64,000 nt of DNA from Candidatus Eremiobacteria bacterium (lineage in GTDB: Bacteria > Vulcanimicrobiota > Vulcanimicrobiia > Vulcanimicrobiales > Vulcanimicrobiaceae). Positions 57,439 through 64,000 of the stretch are shown here, piece by piece (position 1 is the first letter of the stretch; the number at the start of each line of letters is the position of its first letter). Both the position numbers and the translations under genes were made by a program. The notes below the pieces were generated by a model. It saw only the letters and a program-made list of their open reading frames with translations. It searched no databases and was not told the DNA's origin. The stretch is taken from contig CAVWUU010000004.1 in NCBI GenBank assembly GCA_963758295.1, positions 192,001 through 256,000 on the forward strand, given 5' to 3'.

Positions 57439-58658
57439 TCCTAACCCAATACTATCCGCCGGAAATCGGCGCGCCGCAAACGCGCCTCGCGGCTTTGGCT
57501 CGCGAACTCGTGCGGCGCGGTCACGACGTGGAAATCGTTACGGCCATGCCGAGCCACTTGCTCGGCCGTACGTACGAGGGCTATCGGGGCAAATTTTATA
57601 TGCGCGATGAGGTGGACGGCGTCACCGTCCACCGGACGTGGGTATATGCGGCAACCGGGACGGGTCTGCGGCGGATGATGAACTATCTGTCGTTCACTTT
57701 GAGTTCCTTCGTCGGTCTTGCGCTCGCGCGCAAACCCGACGTCGTTTTCGTGGAATCGCCGCCACTCTTCCTCAGCGTTCCCGGTTGGATTGCCGCGACG
57801 CTTCGCCGTGCGTCGCTCGTTTTCAACGTGGCCGACTTATGGCCAGACTCGGTGCGAGATCTCGGCGTGATGAACGGCGGCCCGCTCTTGCGCGTAGCCG
57901 AGCATCTTGAAGCGTGGACCTATAGACGCGCGCACATCGTCAACGCGGTGACGGACGGCATCGATCAAGTGCTGCGCGGCAAAAAGGGCGTGCCGGCGCA
58001 CAAACTTCGCTTTCTTCCCAATGGGATCGACATCGATCGCTTTCAGCCGGCGAATCCCGACGCGGCGCTGCGCGCAAAACTTCAGCTCGGCGATAAACCG
58101 GTGTTCATCTATGCCGGCACGCACGGCATAGCGCAGGGTTTGCATACCGTCGTCGATGCGGCGTCTATGCTGCAGGATAAGGCCACGATTCTTTTCGTCG
58201 GCTCCGGCCCCACCAAACCGCTGCTGCTCCAGCGCGCCCGCAAACAGGGTTTGAGCAACGTGCGCTTTTTGGATCCCGTTCCTCTCGAGGAAATGCCCAA
58301 GTATTTTTCTCTCGCCTACGGTTCGATCGTTCCGCTCGTGCGCAGCGAACTGATGCGCGGTGCACGGCCTTCGAAGATGTTCCCCTCGTTCGCATGCGGC
58401 GTGCCCGTCGTCTACAGCGGCGAAGGTGAAGGTGCACAGCTCGTGGAGAATGCGGGCGCGGGCGTCGCAGTGCGCCCGGAAGATGCGGCGGCGCTGGCAA
58501 ACGCCATGCGCGCGCTGGTGGACGACCCTGAGGGGCGCGAAGCGATGTCGAAGAACGCGCGCGCGCTCGCGGTCGACCGCTTCGCATGGTCGAACATCGT
58601 CGATCGCTGGCTTGCGTCGCTTGGCAGAAACGGAGCCGGAAGGAGGGTTCCCGCGTGA
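57426..58658 (+). CDS. GT4 glycosyltransferase (WbuB-like)
   Basis: [36 protein letters not shown]...GVPV. Confidence 0.9.
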   Translation: MRILILTQYYPPEIGAPQTRLAALARELVRRGHDVEIVTAMPSHLLGRTYEGYRGKFYMRDEVDGVTVHRTWVYAATGTGLRRMMNYLSFTLSSFVGLALARKPDVVFVESPPLFLSVPGWIAATLRRASLVFNVADLWPDSVRDLGVMNGGPLLRVAEHLEAWTYRRAHIVNAVTDGIDQVLRGKKGVPAHKLRFLPNGIDIDRFQPANPDAALRAKLQLGDKPVFIYAGTHGIAQGLHTVVDAASMLQDKATILFVGSGPTKPLLLQRARKQGLSNVRFLDPVPLEEMPKYFSLAYGSIVPLVRSELMRGARPSKMFPSFACGVPVVYSGEGEGAQLVENAGAGVAVRPEDAAALANAMRALVDDPEGREAMSKNARALAVDRFAWSNIVDRWLASLGRNGAGRRVPA

Positions 58659-59950
58659 AGCGCGCCCTGCTTCTAACCTATTACGTTCCTCCTCGTTCCG
58701 CGATCGCTTCCGTGCGAGTAGGAAATATGATCACGTCGATGCGCCGGTACAACTGGGAGATCATTCCCGTTGTTCCGGATTTCGGCGATATGGAGTACCA
58801 GTCGCCGATTCGCACGACGGGCGTCGTCGATTTCAAAACGCCGGTGCGGAAGTTGCTCGGCGTCGGCAAAGGCCAAACGACGCACGAACGTTTCCACGTG
58901 GAACAGGGCTCGGTTTTCGTCGAGACGACCTGGAAGCAACGCGCCATCAAATTCGGCCATCGCGTTACGGGATACGCAAACGGCCGGTTCGGCTGGGTCG
59001 GACCGGGCACACGCGCCGTGGCGCAAATGCTGCGCGATGAACGTTTCAATGCCGTAATTTCGACGTCGCCGCCGGAGGCAACGCATATTGTGGCCTCGCG
59101 CGCGGCGGGAGATGTGCCGTGGATCGCGGATCTGCGCGATCCGTGGGTACGCAACGACGGCTTGGGCGGCTCGGGTCCGCTTGGGGCGCTCGATCGCATC
59201 CTCGAACCGCGCACGCTTCGGGCCGCACGCGTGCTAACGACCGTCTCCGAACCGCTTGCGGAGCAACTGCGTGCCCGTTATCCGGGCAAACGCGTCTGCA
59301 CCGTACGCAATGCGTTTTCGGAGTCGGAGTGGACAAACGTGCCATTCGTACAGCCGGAACATGCGACGTTTCTCCATGCCGGGCAGCTCTATCAAGGCCG
59401 GTGCGATCCGCGTCCGCTTTTCGAGGCGCTCGCATATCTGCTGAAAGAACAGCTCGTCGGTCACGATGAAGTTCGCGTAGAGTTGTACGGGGATCCGGAA
59501 TCTTGGCTGGAATCGGCGATCGCCCAATTCGGATTGCGGCGGGTGGTTCGTCTGCACGGAAAGCGGCCGCGCGCCGAGATCTTGCGACTCGAGCGGCAGT
59601 CGTCGCGCAACGTGATCTTCGTGAGAAACGGCCCGGAAGAACGCGGCACGTACACCGGCAAGCTTTTCGAATACTTCGGAGCGCGACGCAGAATCATCGC
59701 CGTAGGCGGTCCCGGCGAACGGACCGTCATGGACGACGCGCTAGAACAAAGCGGCGCAGGCCAACGTTACTTGATCGAACGGCCGTTACGCGATGCGATT
59801 CTCGAAGCCGTCAAGGAGTGGCGAGCGGGAACCACGGCGATCGTTTCACCCGAAGCGGTAGCGCCGTTCGAACTGAAGCACTTCGGCGAAGAATTCGCCG
59901 CGATTCTTGAAGACATTTCGGCTACGAGAACCATTCACGGAGTAACTTGA
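58655..59950 (+). CDS. GT4-like glycosyltransferase
   Basis: YYVPP, STSPP, DLRDPW, GKLFEY; AGGAGG SD and GTGA overlap. Confidence 0.85.
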   Translation: MKRALLLTYYVPPRSAIASVRVGNMITSMRRYNWEIIPVVPDFGDMEYQSPIRTTGVVDFKTPVRKLLGVGKGQTTHERFHVEQGSVFVETTWKQRAIKFGHRVTGYANGRFGWVGPGTRAVAQMLRDERFNAVISTSPPEATHIVASRAAGDVPWIADLRDPWVRNDGLGGSGPLGALDRILEPRTLRAARVLTTVSEPLAEQLRARYPGKRVCTVRNAFSESEWTNVPFVQPEHATFLHAGQLYQGRCDPRPLFEALAYLLKEQLVGHDEVRVELYGDPESWLESAIAQFGLRRVVRLHGKRPRAEILRLERQSSRNVIFVRNGPEERGTYTGKLFEYFGARRRIIAVGGPGERTVMDDALEQSGAGQRYLIERPLRDAILEAVKEWRAGTTAIVSPEAVAPFELKHFGEEFAAILEDISATRTIHGVT

Positions 59951-61893
59951 TGCGGAGAGCGTTTGCCTCGGTCCTAACACTGTGTGCGGCAGCGCTGATG
60001 TGCTGCTGCGCCGCAAGAACCGACGAGCCCGTTCACGCGGCGTCCCGGGTGTCGAAACAGCAGCCGGCCAATCTCACGCGCAACACGCTGCTCCTCCGCG
60101 GAGCGGCGCCGCTCGTGCTCGGCGTTTTCGAAATCGACGGCGACGGGTCGAACGGCGCGCAAGGAACGATTCAACCGGGCGCAGCCGTGTGGAACGCCAA
60201 CAGCGGGCAGATGCTCAACGATCGCCAGATCAACGTGCCTCCGAACGGGAACTTCACAACGGCTCTGTCGGGCGCCGGACATGACGCTCCCTCGCTCGTC
60301 TCGCTGGCCAATGGTGGAGTGCTGGTACCGTACGGCGCCGCAAGCAGTTACCTGGCGTATCATCCGCCGGCTTCGTGGCATTGCTTTACAACGCTCGCGT
60401 GCGAACCGTTCAAATACATTGCCCATCAGCAGGCGACCCCGTCGATTCTCGACGAGCTCGCGCAATCGCCGGAGTACTTGATGCCCACGGTCGGTATCTC
60501 CGAAGTCTCGTTCGCGACGCTGGGAAATGCGACGATCGTCGCGGGCCAACAGCAGCCTTCGGCGCGTTTCGGTGAAGCTGGAACGCAGGCGTACGTTGCA
60601 CTGCACGCGACCGGCAATTCGGTTGCCTTTGATACGACTGCCGGACCCTGGAACTTCACATCATCGCACGAACCGCCGGGCGACGGATTGCAGGCGTTGA
60701 CGCTAACGCCGGCGGACGATGCGTACTTTGCCTTCGGCATCACGTCGAGCTCGCCGGGCAGCGGCAGCGTTTCGATGGATTTCGGAAGCGGCAGCTGCAC
60801 GATCACCGTTTCCAGTACGGGTAGCGCCGCCGATAGTGCGGCGCAAATTGCATCGGCCTTTCCTCATGTTTGCCCGCAGCTTGCATCGCGCTTCGGCGCG
60901 GTGCAGGCGCAATACGATCCGGCGATGCGGGTTGGCGGCGTTGCGCTCGCTCCCGCCATCGTTGGAATCACCGCGTCGAATCCGCAAGGGCTTCCGGCGT
61001 GGAGCGGGGTGCGCTTAACGTGCTCGGGCGCCATCGCGTGCGGATCGCCGCACGGTGCAAATACCGTTCTCGATGAACGCGGCTCGGGATTGCATCGCCA
61101 TTTTCTCTTCGGCGGCGTCTTACAACGCGGTCCGTACGTCTTTTACTTGATGGACGTCGAGCAGCTTACAGGCAGTTGGTACGGTCGCGGGCAAAGCAGT
61201 TTGGGACTTGCGCTTGCATGTTTCCGTACGACGGAACCGCACGGTGAGCAATGGACGTGGACCGATTGTTCCGGCCGTCACGCATTTACCGTCGCGCCGG
61301 GCATGAAAGCGGTTGCGCGGCTTTCAGCGGGATCCGCTGATTCTTATCTGATTCCGGGTCCGCAAAGTGGTTACGGCGGCGATATGGCGCCGTACGTGTA
61401 CGACTGGACGATGCGCGGGCAGCGGGACGCTCGCGGAATCCCGGTCATCGCTGCGGTTTCATCGACCGTGATGCAAGATGGAAACTTCATGTTTGCCCAT
61501 GGCTGTCAAACGACCACGCGCGTGCTCACGGTGTGTTATGCGAAATACGATCCGCGTTCGGGACGGACGCAATCGGCGGGGACGGTCGATCTTCCGAGCG
61601 GCGGCGGATCGTTAGCTTCGATTGCGCTTCGGACGTTGAGCGATGGTCAACCGGAACTCGCCGTTATGAGCGGTGTGGGGCGCAAGTGGAGCTGCGGCCA
61701 GCCCGGCATCTGCTTCATGACCTACCGTTACGATCGTTCCGGCCGTTGGCTTCATCTCGGAACCAGTTCTATCGGTGGTCTGGACAACGCGGCGTTCCCC
61801 GGAACGATCTCAGTATCCGACAATAAGTTCGTCGTTCAGATGCACCGGCTCACCGAACGCGGCTCCGAATCGGAAGTGCAAATTCGATCGTAG
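59947..61893 (+). CDS. Hypothetical exported, Cys-rich protein (probable lipoprotein)
   Basis: Signal peptide ending ALMCCC; 648-aa beta-rich ORF coupled to the upstream GT. Confidence 0.7.
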   Translation: MMRRAFASVLTLCAAALMCCCAARTDEPVHAASRVSKQQPANLTRNTLLLRGAAPLVLGVFEIDGDGSNGAQGTIQPGAAVWNANSGQMLNDRQINVPPNGNFTTALSGAGHDAPSLVSLANGGVLVPYGAASSYLAYHPPASWHCFTTLACEPFKYIAHQQATPSILDELAQSPEYLMPTVGISEVSFATLGNATIVAGQQQPSARFGEAGTQAYVALHATGNSVAFDTTAGPWNFTSSHEPPGDGLQALTLTPADDAYFAFGITSSSPGSGSVSMDFGSGSCTITVSSTGSAADSAAQIASAFPHVCPQLASRFGAVQAQYDPAMRVGGVALAPAIVGITASNPQGLPAWSGVRLTCSGAIACGSPHGANTVLDERGSGLHRHFLFGGVLQRGPYVFYLMDVEQLTGSWYGRGQSSLGLALACFRTTEPHGEQWTWTDCSGRHAFTVAPGMKAVARLSAGSADSYLIPGPQSGYGGDMAPYVYDWTMRGQRDARGIPVIAAVSSTVMQDGNFMFAHGCQTTTRVLTVCYAKYDPRSGRTQSAGTVDLPSGGGSLASIALRTLSDGQPELAVMSGVGRKWSCGQPGICFMTYRYDRSGRWLHLGTSSIGGLDNAAFPGTISVSDNKFVVQMHRLTERGSESEVQIRS

Positions 61894-63029
61894 AGCCCGC
61901 GTAACGTGAGGCATTCCGCATCAAAAGAGAACTCTCGCGCTGCCTGGCGTGAGAGTTCTGCGTAGCGGGCATGCTCGGCTTCGTTTGCGTGAATTCTTGC
62001 CAGGGCTTCTCCGTGCGCAGCACCGTCGCCGATCGGCACTAAGGCGCCGAGGTCGTGGCTTTCAACGATTTCGGCGATGCGGCCGATGCGCGACGCGACG
62101 ATAGGCAGTTCGAAGAGCGCATATTCGAAGAGTTTGTTTGGCGTCCCGCGGCGGTTATTTTCGGTGTCCGCAAGCGGCATGTATCCGACGCGCGCATGCG
62201 CAAGCCACTGCTGCGCTTCGTCGTACGCGACGTTGCCGAGCATGATTACGCCGGCTTCGTCCGCGCGCGCGAGAAGCTGCGGACGGAGTTCCGCCGGATA
62301 TTCGCCGAGATCGACCGTTCCAAGCACGACCATGGCAAGATCGGGCGAATGCACTTTGAGATATTCGGCCGCTGCCACCAGATCGTCAAACGCGCGAAGG
62401 CGCATTGCGCCTCCGGTATGCAGAACGTACGGACGGCCGTCGAGCGGATGCGGCGTCTGGCGAGCGCGTATAACCGCGAAGGAATCCAGGTTCGGGAAAT
62501 TTCGCACGAGCGCAACGCGATCCATTGGAACGAGGCGTTCGTAACGCGGACGCATCGCTTCGCTAACGATCACGACGCCGGCGAAACGGGGCAGTACCGA
62601 ACGCTCCACGGCGCCGTAGAGCTTCGCCGCAAATTGGCGCAGCGGCTTGGGGATCCATTGCGACGCTTCGATGCGTTCGTAATAGAATTCGTGAACGTCA
62701 TAAACAACGCGCCAGCCGGCGAAGGCCGGAAGCGCCGCTACAAGCAGCAATTCGGGATCGTGAATGTGAACGATTGCGTCCTGATGGGCATAGATCGTCA
62801 GCAGAGCCCGAAGATCGCGTGCCAGGCGACGCCAGCGCGAACCCTCTCGGGACCCGAGCGGCAGCAACACTACGCCTTCGGCCTCACCGGCTCGATCGAC
62901 GGTCGTTGCAAGCCGGACGTCAACACCCGAATCAGCCAATGCGCGCACTTCCTTGTAATAGATGCGCGTATCGAGCGGCTGATGTACGGTAGTGACGTGC
63001 AGGACGCGGAGTTTTGAAGGAGCGGGCAT
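61836..63029 (-). CDS. GT4 glycosyltransferase, antisense to the operon
   Basis: LRVLHVTTVH..LDTRIYYKE, HIHDPEL, YDVHE, RNFP, PNKLFEY. Confidence 0.9.
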   Translation of the reverse strand: MPAPSKLRVLHVTTVHQPLDTRIYYKEVRALADSGVDVRLATTVDRAGEAEGVVLLPLGSREGSRWRRLARDLRALLTIYAHQDAIVHIHDPELLLVAALPAFAGWRVVYDVHEFYYERIEASQWIPKPLRQFAAKLYGAVERSVLPRFAGVVIVSEAMRPRYERLVPMDRVALVRNFPNLDSFAVIRARQTPHPLDGRPYVLHTGGAMRLRAFDDLVAAAEYLKVHSPDLAMVVLGTVDLGEYPAELRPQLLARADEAGVIMLGNVAYDEAQQWLAHARVGYMPLADTENNRRGTPNKLFEYALFELPIVASRIGRIAEIVESHDLGALVPIGDGAAHGEALARIHANEAEHARYAELSRQAAREFSFDAECLTLRGLYDRICTSDSEPRSVSRCI

Positions 63030-64000
63030 GCAAATCCTCATGGTAGCGAACAATTTTCCGTCGAACATCCACCCGCATCGCGGCATGTTCAATCTTCGTC
63101 AGGCCATGGCGTTGCGGCAGCGCGGACACGAGGTACGCGTCGTGACGTTCGTTCCGCATTTCCCGCCGTTAAGCGCGCGATGGTACGAATATCGTAACCT
63201 ATCGCATGCTTACGATGTCGAAGGCATATCGGTACGGGTGCTACGGGGCCTTCTGGGTCCGAAGTCCTGGGCGATCGGCACATTGCCGGGACAACTGGGA
63301 CGCTCGCTTCGGGCTATCGAGGCGAAGTTCGAGCCCGACGTCGTCCACGTGCACGGCCTGCTTCCCGCCGGCGCAATGGCGGCCGCATTCCGGACGCCGT
63401 ACTTGCTCACCGCGCACGGAACGGAGGCCTACGCGCTTCCCTGGCGGCGTAAGGGGCTCGAGCGGGTCGCGCGCAAAGCGATTTCCGCCGCTGCTCGCGT
63501 CTGCGCTGTTTCAGCCTTCGTAGGGACGCATTTGGAGCGCCTGGGAGCGAGCGGCGTGGACGTCATCTATAACGGCGCCGATACGGAGACGTTCAAACCT
63601 GGAGACCGCACGGTTGCTAAAGTCGAATTGGATCTGCCGCCCGGCCGCCCCGTTATCGCTTTCGGCGCCAATCTTATCGTCGCGAAGGGACCCTACGAAC
63701 TCGTTGCGGCGGCAGCGCGCATCGGCGATCTGAATCCGGTTGTCGTCTTCGGCGGCGACGGTGCCGCGCGCCCAGGCGTGGAAGCGGCCGCGCGCGACGC
63801 CGGCATTGATGCGCGATTCCTTGGGCGCGTCGACCATCCTACCCTTTCGCGGCTCATGTGCGCGTGCGACGCGTACGTCTTGGCAAGCCACGCAGAAGGG
63901 TTGCCGACGGTCCTGTGTGAGGCGATGAACGCGGCTCGCGCAATAGTCGCAACGCGAGTCGGAGGTATTCCGGAAATCGTCAAAGACGGCGAAACGGGAT
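63028..64000 (+). CDS. GT4 glycosyltransferase, runs off the right edge (absent from ORF track)
   Basis: AAGGAG-N5-ATG; MQILMVANNFP...PDVVHVHG...TAHG...YNG.D...KG...EGLPTVLCEAM...GGIPEIV.DG.TG. Confidence 0.88.
   Translation, partial: MQILMVANNFPSNIHPHRGMFNLRQAMALRQRGHEVRVVTFVPHFPPLSARWYEYRNLSHAYDVEGISVRVLRGLLGPKSWAIGTLPGQLGRSLRAIEAKFEPDVVHVHGLLPAGAMAAAFRTPYLLTAHGTEAYALPWRRKGLERVARKAISAAARVCAVSAFVGTHLERLGASGVDVIYNGADTETFKPGDRTVAKVELDLPPGRPVIAFGANLIVAKGPYELVAAAARIGDLNPVVVFGGDGAARPGVEAAARDAGIDARFLGRVDHPTLSRLMCACDAYVLASHAEGLPTVLCEAMNAARAIVATRVGGIPEIVKDGETG

Overview
GC-rich bacterial chromosomal segment of mostly core genes, with no CRISPR array, integrase or intact transposase. The gene families and the TonB-dependent receptor suggest a diderm soil lineage, possibly Vulcanimicrobiota/Eremiobacterota (inference only). 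In order, it holds: tRNA-Ser; an EAL protein, class II aldolase and truncated ALDH; serA, a phosphatase, a ferritin-like gene and cobC/cobT/cobS; a long minus-strand run (hppD, deoC, ALDH, PAS-GGDEF-EAL, EgtB-like enzyme, ABC substrate-binding protein, icd); homogentisate genes fahA and hmgA; an M3 peptidase with a skeletonised upstream copy; SRP RNA, lepA and rdgB; seven more tRNAs, one abutted by an HNH-nuclease relic; a membrane GGDEF-EAL; a TonB-dependent receptor; tig-clpP-clpX; and from about 50.3 kb a surface-polysaccharide locus with a WbpA/B/D/E/I-like diacetamido-uronate pathway. The most notable observations are two divergent glycosyltransferases sharing one CATG with mirror-image Shine-Dalgarno sites, an ALDH16-like enzyme split into halves 13.7 kb apart, an apparent ATA start coupled to a TAG stop, a serA-coupled PspA-like phosphatase, a candidate for the missing maleylacetoacetate step, and a recurring GNCGAA-N9-ATG motif. 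Several genes carry single-base insertions that look like sequencing errors. All calls come from reading motifs by eye; no searches were run.
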